From: Candidatus Krumholzibacteriota bacterium
Lineage (GTDB): Bacteria; Krumholzibacteriota; Krumholzibacteriia; JAJRXK01
Assembly: GCA_963727455.1 (NCBI GenBank)
Contig: CAVSGG010000008.1
Location: forward strand, 288,001 to 352,000
Length of the DNA stretch: 64,000 nt
Reading direction: 5' to 3'
Part shown: positions 18,534 to 27,823 of the stretch, piece after piece
Layout: each line of letters starts with the position of its first letter
How positions within the stretch are numbered: position 1 is the stretch's first letter
Notes under the pieces: model-generated
Database searches by the model: none
What the model was told of the DNA's origin: nothing
What the model saw: the letters and a program-made list of their open reading frames with translations, nothing else
Position numbers and translations under genes: made by a program

Positions 18534-19879
18534 GAGGCCTCCTGCTTCCGCCCGCGACCTCCGCGGTTCGGACTGGTCACGGGGTCGGGATAGCGGTAGA
18601 TGTTCCCCTCGAAATTCCTGAGCAGAACGTCGTTTCCATCCCGGCCCACCACCGATTGCGAGAGCAATGGGATTTTCCCTCCCCCACCAGGGGCATCGAC
18701 CACGTAGGTGGGGACAGCGTAGCCTGTGGTGTGCCCGCGCAGGCCATCGATGATCTCCAAGCCCTTCTCGATGGGAGTGCGCAGATGACTCGATCCGGAG
18801 ATGGGATCGCACTGATAGATGTAGTACGGCCGGACTCGCGCGCGTAGCTCGGCGTGCTTCAGGGCTCTCATCGTCTCCACGTCGTCGTTCACCCCACGCG
18901 TGAGCACGGTCTGGCTCCCCACCGGAATCCCCGCGTCGGCCAGACGCTCGCAAGCCTGCACCACCTCCGGGGTGAACTCAACCGGGTGCATGGTGTGAAC
19001 GCTCAGCCAGAAGGGGTGGTGGCGCTTGAGCATGGCGACCAGTTCCGGGGTAATTCGCTGCGGAAGAACCAGCGGGATCTTGGTGCCGATGCGCAGAAAC
19101 TCCACGTGCTTGATGGCTCTCAGGCGGGAGAGAAGCCAATCCAGCCTCTCGTCGGTCATGGTGAGCGGGTCACCTCCTGAGATCAGAACGTCCCTGATCT
19201 CCGGGTGCTGGGCGATGTAGTTGATCGCGACCTCGTACTGCGCGTACGAAGCGTGGAATTCGGTAGAGTGCCCCACCATGCGCGCCCGCGTGCAATAGCG
19301 GCAGTAGGTCGCGCAGAAGTTGGTCACCAGGAACAGGACGCGATCGGGGTAGCGGTGGATCAGACCAGGGACCACCGCATCCGTTTCCTCGCCAAGAGGA
19401 TCGTCCGCTTCTCCCGGGGTACGCAGAAGCTCGCCCCGCACCGGAATCATCGTCCTCCGGATGGGGTCCTTGGCGTTCTGTGCATCCATGAGAGAAGCGT
19501 AGTACGGGGTGATGCCCAGAGGCAGTCGTCCGCCGATGCGCTCGATGGTGGCGCGCTCACTGCGGCTGAGGGTGAAGATGCGCTCGAGCTGGGCGAGATT
19601 GCGGATCCTCGAGTGCAGCTGCCAACGCCAGCTGTTCCAATCCTCCAGACTGGCCTCAGGGAAGTACAGACGGCGGAACTCGTCGCTCCGCTCGCTGACA
19701 GAGTACAACGCCCCAGTCTCGGACACGAGAAGGTCCGAGGCGGCGGGATCGCAGTGTTGTGGTTGGGAGAGGTGATCGGGCGCCGGCTCAGCCTCAGCGG
19801 CTTGCCGGTTCCGGTGAGCCAAGGGGGATAAACCAGGCGCCGGAGGTTCCGAGTCGAGACTCGGACTGATCTTGTTCAT
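18530..19879 (-). CDS. kamA: KamA-family radical SAM aminomutase (lysine 2,3-aminomutase-like)
   Basis: HRYPDRVL, CATYCRYC, SGGDP, YQCD, VDAPGGGGK (PLP lysine). Confidence 0.9.
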   Translation of the reverse strand: MNKISPSLDSEPPAPGLSPLAHRNRQAAEAEPAPDHLSQPQHCDPAASDLLVSETGALYSVSERSDEFRRLYFPEASLEDWNSWRWQLHSRIRNLAQLERIFTLSRSERATIERIGGRLPLGITPYYASLMDAQNAKDPIRRTMIPVRGELLRTPGEADDPLGEETDAVVPGLIHRYPDRVLFLVTNFCATYCRYCTRARMVGHSTEFHASYAQYEVAINYIAQHPEIRDVLISGGDPLTMTDERLDWLLSRLRAIKHVEFLRIGTKIPLVLPQRITPELVAMLKRHHPFWLSVHTMHPVEFTPEVVQACERLADAGIPVGSQTVLTRGVNDDVETMRALKHAELRARVRPYYIYQCDPISGSSHLRTPIEKGLEIIDGLRGHTTGYAVPTYVVDAPGGGGKIPLLSQSVVGRDGNDVLLRNFEGNIYRYPDPVTSPNRGGRGRKQEAS

Positions 19880-20071
19880 TAACGTCCTTTACCCACCAGG
19901 TGGGCGGCTGGAGCATGAGCCCGTTATACAAAACGCCCCCCCATGGACACGACGGGAGAGCGAGGATCACGAGACTGGGTCCAACAGCACAATAAAGAGG
20001 TCTTTTTTGGGCGAACGTCAAGGCCCAGTGTGGCTTTTGGAACAACTTTTTTCGGAGCCCGAGACCGCGCC

Positions 20072-20437
20072 TCAGTCAAGGCTGTCCGACTTGGCCTCCG
20101 CAGCCTGAGCGCCAAGACGGCGGATCTGTACCACGACCGAGTCCAGCTCGGTGTCGGTGATTCCGGGAATCCCCTGCATGCGGCCCTTGCCGTAGCGGGC
20201 GATACGACGGATCCGCTCATCGCTGTTGTAGCGTTGGAAGACGGGATCCCGCAGGTCGATGTCCTCCTTGGCCATCTTGCTCGCGGTGGTGGATGAGCCA
20301 TCGATCTCGTGGCAGCGAGCGCAGCGGTAGGCGTAGACTCCGGCCGGGCTTGGATCCTCCGGCTTCCGGGCGCACGCCGGCAAGAACAGCAGAAGAAGCA
20401 ATGAAGTCAGCAGGGTTCCCGTGCGAAGCGCTCTCAT
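20072..20437 (-). CDS. Monoheme cytochrome c (probable lipoprotein)
   Basis: Signal with LPAC, CARCH, distal Met in GKGRM. Confidence 0.8.
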   Translation of the reverse strand: MRALRTGTLLTSLLLLLFLPACARKPEDPSPAGVYAYRCARCHEIDGSSTTASKMAKEDIDLRDPVFQRYNSDERIRRIARYGKGRMQGIPGITDTELDSVVVQIRRLGAQAAEAKSDSLD

Positions 20438-20441
20438 GGAC

Positions 20442-21881
20442 TCAGCCCGCCGTGATGCGCCTGAGTTGGAGGAGGTTCGTGGCACCCGGGATCTGCATGG
20501 TCCCTCCCAAAACGACCACGGCTTCGCCCTCCTGTACCAAGCCAGCCTCCAGCAGTAGACGATCACCTTCCTGCAGCAGTGAATCGGTATTGTGAGCGAA
20601 GGAGGATTCGTAGGGTGCGACTCCGTGCAACAGAGCCATCTGCCGGCAGACCCGCGGGTCGGGACAGAATGCAATGATCGGTACTTTCGGCCTGAGCTTA
20701 CTCACGACTCGTGCGGTCCTGCCGCTCAGAGTGTAAGCCACGATCAGGCGAACCCCGGTTTCCTTCGCCAGATGCCGCGCCGACCAAGCCATCGCACGCA
20801 CGGCCGGACTGAAGCGGGTCGGATGTTCAGGGTTCTTCTCGGTGTCGGCGTAAAATTCCGAGCGCTCAGCCTCGATCGCGATGCGGTTCATCATCTCGAT
20901 GGCCTCGACCGGATACTCGCCCGTCGCGGTCTCCGCTGACAGCATCACGGCGTCACTACCATCGAAAATCGCGTTCGCGACGTCGCTGGCTTCGGCGCGG
21001 GTCGGGCGGAAGCTGTGAACCATGCTTTCCAGCATCTGGGTCGCTGTAATGACGGTGACGCCACGCAGATTGGCGGCACGGATGAGCTCCTTCTGCAATC
21101 GGGGAACGCTCTCGGGAGCAAGCTCCACCCCCAGGTCGCCTCGAGCCACCATGATCGCGTCGCTCACCTGGAGGATCGCCTCGATTTCCGCCACCGCCTG
21201 CGGCTTTTCGATCTTGGCGATGATGCCCGGGCCACCCCCCAAAGATTCGATCTCCTCACGCAACTGCCGGATGTCCTCCGCCTGTCGCACGAACGAGAGA
21301 GCCACGTAATCGACGCCAGCTTCCATGCCGCAGGCGAGGTCCCTGCGATCATGCTCGCCCATGGCAGGTACATTCAAGGCGCGACCGGGAACGTTAATTC
21401 CCTTGTGCGGTAGCAGTCGTCCGCCGTGCACGACGCGCACCGAGAGCTCGCTGGCCGACTGCTTTTTCTGAACCTTCAGTTCGATGAGTCCGTCATCCAA
21501 CAGGATTGTGTCGCCCAGCTCGAGATCCTCCGCCAGGCCAGAGTAGGTGCAGGAGATCCGCGTCGCATCGCCCACGATCTTCTCCGTCGTGAGCACCAAC
21601 TCGGCACCATTTTCGAGCTGGACACCCGAAGCTTCCGCCAGGTCGCCCACGCGCAGTTTGGGGCCTTGCAGATCCAGCATGATCGCCAGCTGGCGGTGCC
21701 GTTCCGCCCCCACCCTTCGCACCGTCTCGACCGCGCGCTTCAGGAACTCGTGGTCGCCATGGCTGGCATTGATGCGCGCGACGTCGAGACCGGCGTCGAT
21801 GAGACGCCCCACCACGGCGGCCTCGATGCTGGATGGCCCCAGGGTGGCGACGATGCGCGTGGATCGAAGTGGTAATTGCAT
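20442..21881 (-). CDS. pyk: Pyruvate kinase
   Basis: IVATLGP, RINASHG, DLQGPKLR, IIAKIEK, MVARGDLGVE, TATQMLESM, PTRAEASDVANA. Confidence 0.97.
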   Translation of the reverse strand: MQLPLRSTRIVATLGPSSIEAAVVGRLIDAGLDVARINASHGDHEFLKRAVETVRRVGAERHRQLAIMLDLQGPKLRVGDLAEASGVQLENGAELVLTTEKIVGDATRISCTYSGLAEDLELGDTILLDDGLIELKVQKKQSASELSVRVVHGGRLLPHKGINVPGRALNVPAMGEHDRRDLACGMEAGVDYVALSFVRQAEDIRQLREEIESLGGGPGIIAKIEKPQAVAEIEAILQVSDAIMVARGDLGVELAPESVPRLQKELIRAANLRGVTVITATQMLESMVHSFRPTRAEASDVANAIFDGSDAVMLSAETATGEYPVEAIEMMNRIAIEAERSEFYADTEKNPEHPTRFSPAVRAMAWSARHLAKETGVRLIVAYTLSGRTARVVSKLRPKVPIIAFCPDPRVCRQMALLHGVAPYESSFAHNTDSLLQEGDRLLLEAGLVQEGEAVVVLGGTMQIPGATNLLQLRRITAG

Positions 21882-21952
21882 CCCATTCCTCTCGCTGAGC
21901 CGTGCCAAGGCGAGGAATTCGCAGAATAGCAAGCCACGGGGAAAAGGGCCAG

Positions 21953-23794
21953 TCAGCGCGGCTTCTCTTTCGCGGCTCCCTCGGGCTGGGTCCTCATCTT
22001 GAGAAAGGGTTTCGTGCGCACCGCCAGCGCCAGCAGCAAATCGCGTTTGGAAATGCTCCCCAGAAGGACGCTCCCGGTCTCGTCATCCACCACGGGCAGG
22101 CGCTCTCCGTCGTGCTCGGAGAAGACCCGCAATGCGTCGCTCAGCGAGGCGCCTGCGCGAATGAGAGGAAACTCGCGATGCAAAATGTCGCGGGCAATGA
22201 CCACGTCGGCCAGACCGCGCAGGGTGAGATATTGTTTGATGTCGTGCAGAGGAATGACCCCCTGGAAGAGGCCGCCATCATCTACGACATACAGGTACTT
22301 GTTGTTGTTCGTGAGGAAGCTCTGCGCGATCTCTCGAAAGCGCGCGGTCTCGCGCACGGCCAAAGGATCGCCCCTCATGAGATCCTGAACCTGCAACTTC
22401 GAAAGCTGCTTGCCGTACAGTGCGGCCCCTTTGCGCTCCAGAGCCTCGCTGTAAATGGGTACCGGCTCCACGCTACGGGAGACGTAGTAGGAGATCACGC
22501 ATGCGAGCATGAGGGGCAGCATGAGCTGATAGTCGAGAGTCAGTTCGAAGATCATGATGATGGCCATGATGGGCGCGTGGGTCGTGCCGGCCAGAAACGC
22601 GCCCATGCCGAGGAGGGCGAAGCCGCTGGGACTCAGTAGTGGATTGGGCCAGAACAAACTCAAGGTGTGCCCGAAGAGATAGCCCAAACACGCCCCGACG
22701 AAGAGAGTCGGCGTGAAGACACCACCCACGGCCCCGGACCCGAAAGTCGCTGCGGTGGCGGCCACCTTGAAGACGAGGATGAGAATCAGGGTGCGCCACA
22801 TCCATTGCCCACCCAGGATGGCGCTCACCGTGCTGTAGCCGTTCCCGCAGACCTGCGGATAGAACACGGCAAGTCCGCCAACTACCGCTCCTCCCAGGCC
22901 CAGCTTCAAGAAGAGCGGAATTCGCATGCGAGTGAAGAGCCGTTCACTATTGCGCAGGGTGCGCAGGAACCAGGGCGCAGCGAAACCTGCCACGACTCCC
23001 AGGGCCATGGTGGGCAGAATCTCCCACACTGAATTCAGGACAAAGGGAGGGATTTCGTAGAGAGGAGCTGCGCCCATGAGCTTGCGGACGGTGAGCGTGG
23101 CCACGACCGAAGAAAAGACCAGCGGTCCGAAGCTCTCCATCGCCACCGAACCCAGGACGATCTCCGCGATGAAGAGAGCGCCCGCGATCGGCGCATTGTA
23201 GGCGGAGGCGATTCCGGCCGCCCCTCCGCAGGCGCTGATGAGCCGGCGCCTCGGTGTAGACCAGTGTCGAAATCGTCCCACCAAGGAGGCGATCATGGCC
23301 GAGAGCTGGACCATCGGACCCTCTCGGCCGATCGATCCCCCACCCGCGATCGAGAACAGAGCCGAAGCCGATTTCACGAGGCTCGAACGCACGGCCACCA
23401 GACCGTTGCCCACCACGATGGCTTCCATGTAGTCGGTGGAATGACGGCTGCGCGCGAGGCGGCTTCCCCAGTAGAGAATGGCGCCCGCCGCCAGCCCCCC
23501 CACGGTGGGAGTCAAGGCACGCTGCCACGGAGGGAGGTGGATGAAACTCTCGACCACCCCGCCGGATTGGCCGGTCAAGAAGAGGTGGACCGCGTAGCTC
23601 AAGCGCCGGAAGAGCACTGAAGCGACGGCGCCCAGAAGTCCCACCACGCCGGCCCAAAAGAGCGTTTCGTGCAGCTCGCTGGGGCGGATGGTCTCCGCCA
23701 TCCACAGCCGAAGCCTGAGCAATCCCAGGAGACGGGGAGGGCTCCCTGCGTCCGTGGATTCGTTGCGGTCCTTCATCTCCGCCATCTTGGTCAA
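21953..23794 (-). CDS. ClC-family chloride channel (ClcB-like) with CBS domains
   Basis: GSIGREGP, AYNAP, GAVGGVFTP, C-terminal CBS pair; start uncertain. Confidence 0.9.
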   Translation of the reverse strand: MTKMAEMKDRNESTDAGSPPRLLGLLRLRLWMAETIRPSELHETLFWAGVVGLLGAVASVLFRRLSYAVHLFLTGQSGGVVESFIHLPPWQRALTPTVGGLAAGAILYWGSRLARSRHSTDYMEAIVVGNGLVAVRSSLVKSASALFSIAGGGSIGREGPMVQLSAMIASLVGRFRHWSTPRRRLISACGGAAGIASAYNAPIAGALFIAEIVLGSVAMESFGPLVFSSVVATLTVRKLMGAAPLYEIPPFVLNSVWEILPTMALGVVAGFAAPWFLRTLRNSERLFTRMRIPLFLKLGLGGAVVGGLAVFYPQVCGNGYSTVSAILGGQWMWRTLILILVFKVAATAATFGSGAVGGVFTPTLFVGACLGYLFGHTLSLFWPNPLLSPSGFALLGMGAFLAGTTHAPIMAIIMIFELTLDYQLMLPLMLACVISYYVSRSVEPVPIYSEALERKGAALYGKQLSKLQVQDLMRGDPLAVRETARFREIAQSFLTNNNKYLYVVDDGGLFQGVIPLHDIKQYLTLRGLADVVIARDILHREFPLIRAGASLSDALRVFSEHDGERLPVVDDETGSVLLGSISKRDLLLALAVRTKPFLKMRTQPEGAAKEKPR

Positions 23795-23897
23795 CCACTG
23801 GGAGGGAACGAGACTCTCTGGCCTGATCCGGAGAGTGGCAAGAGCGGTTCGCCCGTGGCAATCATTTTTTGTCGATTGTGTCCAAGACGCGGGGAGC

Positions 23898-24758
23898 TCA
23901 GCCGAAACGGCCCGTAATGTAGTCCTCCGTGCGCTTGATCGAGGGCTTGGTGAACATCTTCGGAGTTTCGTCCATTTCGATAAGCCTGCCCTCGTAGAAG
24001 AAGGCCGTGGTATCGGACACGCGCGAGGCCTGCTGCATGTTGTGTGTGACGATGATGATGGTGTAGCGCTGCTGCAGTTCGAGGATCAACTCCTCGACTC
24101 GGGCGGTGGAACGCGGATCGAGAGCCGAACACGGCTCATCCATGAGTATGACCTCCGGATTCACCGCGATACAGCGCGCGATACACAGACGTTGTTGTTG
24201 CCCCCCCGAGAGACTGATGGCTGGCGAGTGCAAGCGGTCCTTGACCTCGTCCCACAAGGCGGACATCCGCAGCGCGGACTCCGTGCGCTCTCTGAGCAGG
24301 GATTGATCCCGCATGCCGTTCAACCTCAGACCCACCGTGACGTTGTCCGCGATGGACATGGTGGGAAAGGGATTCGATTTCTGGAAGACCATTCCCACCC
24401 GCCGGCGCACCATGACCGCTTCGACCTCGGGCGCGTAGATATTCTCCCCGAACAAGCGAATTTCACCGCTCACCCGCGCGTGGGGCACCAGTTCATGCAT
24501 ACGATTGAGGGCGCGCAAGAATGTGGACTTCCCGCATCCGCTGGGGCCGATGATCGCCGTGACGGAACGCTCGGGAATGTCCAGGGAGATGTCCTTCACC
24601 GCTTGATTGGAACCAAAATAGACCGAGAGATTGCGCACGTTTACCGCGGCGGGATGTGGCGCCTCTTTTGGACGCCGAATTCCGAGGCCTCTAGCCATGG
24701 TATTCAAGGGCAAGGGTTCCACTGCCAGTTTCTTTGCTGCGTTGTCCGTAGGTTCCAT
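23898..24758 (-). CDS. pstB: Phosphate ABC transporter ATPase
   Basis: [40 protein letters not shown]. Confidence 0.97.
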   Translation of the reverse strand: MEPTDNAAKKLAVEPLPLNTMARGLGIRRPKEAPHPAAVNVRNLSVYFGSNQAVKDISLDIPERSVTAIIGPSGCGKSTFLRALNRMHELVPHARVSGEIRLFGENIYAPEVEAVMVRRRVGMVFQKSNPFPTMSIADNVTVGLRLNGMRDQSLLRERTESALRMSALWDEVKDRLHSPAISLSGGQQQRLCIARCIAVNPEVILMDEPCSALDPRSTARVEELILELQQRYTIIIVTHNMQQASRVSDTTAFFYEGRLIEMDETPKMFTKPSIKRTEDYITGRFG

Positions 24759-24764
24759 GGTGAC

Positions 24765-25625
24765 TCAGAGGGGTTTTTGGCTGAGGCGATCACGCGTCAA
24801 CACCCGAACGCCGATATTGATCATGAACACGAACAGGAGCAGGACTAAAGCGCCTGCCCAAGCCTGCCGATGCCAATCGTCGTAAGGCGAGATGGCATAC
24901 GAGAAGATCTGTAGGGGCATGGCCGCGATGGGATCCGTCAGCTTGTGCGTCCAGAACTGATTTCCGAAGGCAGTGAACAGCAGAGGAGCGGTCTCTCCCG
25001 CGATGCGCGCCAGTGCCAAGAGCGCTCCGGTCACGATTCCCTTGAGCGCGGTTCGCGCCACGATTCGGACCGTGACACGCCAAGGTGCGATCCCCAGCGC
25101 GAGTGCTGCCTCCCGGTATCCATTCGGTACCAGCTGCAGCACTTCCTCGGTGGTTCGCATGATCAAGGGGATCATCATCAGACCCAACACGATCCCACCG
25201 GCCAAGGTGGAGAAACCCTTCATCGGCACCACCACGATGGCCCACACCACCATTCCCCACACGATGGAGGGTACTCCGTTGATGACGTCGGCCGCAAAAC
25301 GAATCCACCAATTCGCGCGGGAAGTGCCGTATTCGGACAGATAGATCCCGCCCAGGATTCCTACCGGCGCTCCCAGGAGCGAGGCCAGAGTGATGAGGAT
25401 TCCGGTGCCGACCATGGCGTTCGCCATGCCCCCGCCGGGCTCTCCGACCGGCTTGGGTAATTGGGTGAAAAAATCCCAATTGATGGCGCCCACTCCTTCT
25501 CTGAGGAGATGATAGAAGACCAGCATCAGGGGAGTGATCACCAGAAGCGCGCACAAAAATGCCATGCCCCGCATGAGGGCATTCATGAAATTGCGCCGCC
25601 GATGATGCACCTTATCCCACATCAT
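24765..25625 (-). CDS. pstA: Phosphate ABC transporter permease
   Basis: GVPSIV, REAALALG, ARIAGETAPLLFT. Confidence 0.95.
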   Translation of the reverse strand: MMWDKVHHRRRNFMNALMRGMAFLCALLVITPLMLVFYHLLREGVGAINWDFFTQLPKPVGEPGGGMANAMVGTGILITLASLLGAPVGILGGIYLSEYGTSRANWWIRFAADVINGVPSIVWGMVVWAIVVVPMKGFSTLAGGIVLGLMMIPLIMRTTEEVLQLVPNGYREAALALGIAPWRVTVRIVARTALKGIVTGALLALARIAGETAPLLFTAFGNQFWTHKLTDPIAAMPLQIFSYAISPYDDWHRQAWAGALVLLLFVFMINIGVRVLTRDRLSQKPL

Positions 25626-26593
25626 TGTCTGTGCTTCACTCCCGGTCCGCCCAAAACCTTGAGTAGAATCTGCGCGAGGATGTTGGTCAGGACCGTCACG
25701 CCCAAGAGCACCAGTCCCAGCTCGAAGAGCGAGCCCAAGTAGAGCGAGGTCGTCGCCTCCGTAAATTCGTTCGCGATGACGCTGGCCAGAGTGTAGCCGG
25801 GGGCCAAGAGCGAGGCCGTAATCTCCGGGCGGTTTCCGATGACCATCGTCACCGCCATGGTCTCTCCCAGTGCGCGTCCCAGGCCCAGAATCACTGCGCC
25901 GAAGAGACCTTTCTTCGCGAAACTCAGCACCGCGATCCGCGTGACCTCCCAGTGGGTCGCGCCCAGGGCATAGGCCGCTTCACGTTGCAGACCGGGAACC
26001 GAGCGCAGGATCTCCCTCGAGACGGAAGTGATGATGGGGATGATCATGATGGCCACGATGATCCCTCCGGCCAACATGCTGATCCCGTAGATCGGCCCCT
26101 GAAAGAGCGGCAGAAAGCCGAGAGTGTCGCGTAGAAATGGAAACACGTGGACTCGTAGCCAGGGCACCATCACGAAGATGCCCCAGAGGCCCAGAATGAC
26201 GCTGGGGATGGCGGCGAGCAGCTCGATCAGCATCGTCAGGGGCTGGCGCAGCCAGAGCGGCGCCATCTCGGTGAGAAAGACGGCGGTCGCGATGCTGAGC
26301 GGAACCGCGATGAGCAGGGCGATGGCGGAAGACACGAGGGTCCCGAAGATGAAGGGCAAGGCCCCGAAGTTCTCGGCTACCGGATCCCAAGTAGGTGAGA
26401 CCAGAAAGCCCCATCCAAACTTGCGCAGCGCCAAACCCGCGCCGTTGGCCAGTTCATAGCCGATCAACCCGATCAACACGAACACGGAAAGTGCCATGAG
26501 CAGAGTGAGCCACATAAAGGCGCGGTCGCCAAAATGGCGACCGCCCTTCAAGGCTCTGGCCGGCAGAGGCGCGTGTGTGGTCGTGTCGCTCAA
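25622..26593 (-). CDS. pstC: Phosphate ABC transporter permease
   Basis: ELLAAIPSV, LGRALGETMAVTMVIG, IANEF. Confidence 0.95.
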   Translation of the reverse strand: MSDTTTHAPLPARALKGGRHFGDRAFMWLTLLMALSVFVLIGLIGYELANGAGLALRKFGWGFLVSPTWDPVAENFGALPFIFGTLVSSAIALLIAVPLSIATAVFLTEMAPLWLRQPLTMLIELLAAIPSVILGLWGIFVMVPWLRVHVFPFLRDTLGFLPLFQGPIYGISMLAGGIIVAIMIIPIITSVSREILRSVPGLQREAAYALGATHWEVTRIAVLSFAKKGLFGAVILGLGRALGETMAVTMVIGNRPEITASLLAPGYTLASVIANEFTEATTSLYLGSLFELGLVLLGVTVLTNILAQILLKVLGGPGVKHRQ

Positions 26594-27603
26594 AACTGAA
26601 TGGTTTCGATGCGCTTCAGTACTCGCTCCTGCAAGTTCTTCGGCAGGGGTGCGTAATCGAGCGACTTGGCCATGGTCTCACCCTCGGTCTCGGCCCACTT
26701 CAAGAACTCGACCAGCTTCTTGCCCTTGGTCGGGTCCTTCTGCTGCTGGTACACCAACAGCCAGGTGCAACCGGCGATCGGGTAGGCCGTTTCGCCGGAA
26801 GGATTGACCATCGAGAAGCGGAAATCTTCGGGAATCTCGGCGGTCGCAAAGGCCTGGGTGACCGACTCCAGGGTGGGCGTGATGTAGTTCCCCGCCGCGT
26901 TCTTCAGTTGGGCGAACGCGAGCTTGTTTTGCGTGGCGTAGGCCAACTCCACATAGCCGACGGCGCCGGGCAGCTGCTTGATCTGTCCGGAGACCCCCTC
27001 GTTCCCCTTTCCTCCCAGACCGGTCGGCCAGTTCACCGAGGTGTTCTTGCCCACTTTCTTTGCCCATTCCTCGCTCACCGAGGAGAGATAATCGGTGAAG
27101 ATGTAGCTGGTGCCGCTGCCGTCACTGCGGTGCACCACGATGACGTCCATCTTCGGCAGTTTCAGCTCGGGATTCTGCTCCGCGATCCTGGGATCGTTCC
27201 ACTTGGCGATCTTCCCCATGAAGAGATCCACCACGGTGGGGCCGTCGAGCTTGAGCGTCGGGTTGCCCGGGAGGTTGTAGCTCAGAACGACCGCTCCGCC
27301 GACGGTGGGGATGTGCAGCAGCTTGCCCGGGGCCTTGGCCAGGTTTTCGTCACTCATGGGACCGTCCGAGGCGCCGAAGTCGACGGTCTCGGCCAGGATT
27401 TGCTTCTGCCCGCCACCCGAACCGATGGACTGGTAGTTGAAGCGAACTGAAGGATCTACCTTCGCGTACTCGTGAAACCACTTGGCATAGAGCGGGTAGG
27501 GAAACGTCGCCCCCGCTCCGTTGATGAGCATTTGCGCGTTCGCGCCGTCGTTCATGCCTACCAGGCAGATGGCGCAGAGCGCCAAGAGCAAGGCCTTCTT
27601 CAT
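26590..27603 (-). CDS. pstS: Phosphate ABC transporter substrate-binding protein
   Basis: GAGATFPYP, YQSIGSGGG, DFGASD, RSDGSGTS, GKGNEGV. Confidence 0.97.
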   Translation of the reverse strand: MKKALLLALCAICLVGMNDGANAQMLINGAGATFPYPLYAKWFHEYAKVDPSVRFNYQSIGSGGGQKQILAETVDFGASDGPMSDENLAKAPGKLLHIPTVGGAVVLSYNLPGNPTLKLDGPTVVDLFMGKIAKWNDPRIAEQNPELKLPKMDVIVVHRSDGSGTSYIFTDYLSSVSEEWAKKVGKNTSVNWPTGLGGKGNEGVSGQIKQLPGAVGYVELAYATQNKLAFAQLKNAAGNYITPTLESVTQAFATAEIPEDFRFSMVNPSGETAYPIAGCTWLLVYQQQKDPTKGKKLVEFLKWAETEGETMAKSLDYAPLPKNLQERVLKRIETIQF

Positions 27604-27699
27604 CAGATTCTCTCCCTTGGGTTAGCGGCTAGGGGGCCAATGACTTCTTCGCGTGATCGGTCGAACATGCTTCATATAAGCAGGGAAGAGAGTGGCTGG

Positions 27700-27717
27700 T
27701 GTGAGGAAATTGTGAGG
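27700..27717 (-). promoter_or_regulatory. Pho-box-like direct repeat upstream of pstS
   Basis: CCTCACA-N4-CCTCACA on the minus strand (11-bp period), about 100 bp upstream of the pstS start. Confidence 0.5.
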
Positions 27718-27823
27718 ATTCGATGAAGGCGCAGCGCTGAGTCGAGGAGCGGCGGGGCACCGCCCCCCAGGACCCAAAGCGAACGGCGCGATTGGAGCGC
27801 TTTTGCGCCCCTTCGACGGCGAA

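Noticed and set aside
17523-18953. 476-aa version of the Ddl-like ORF
   Set aside because: The extension overlaps kamA out of frame; the start at 18533 has a GGAGG RBS
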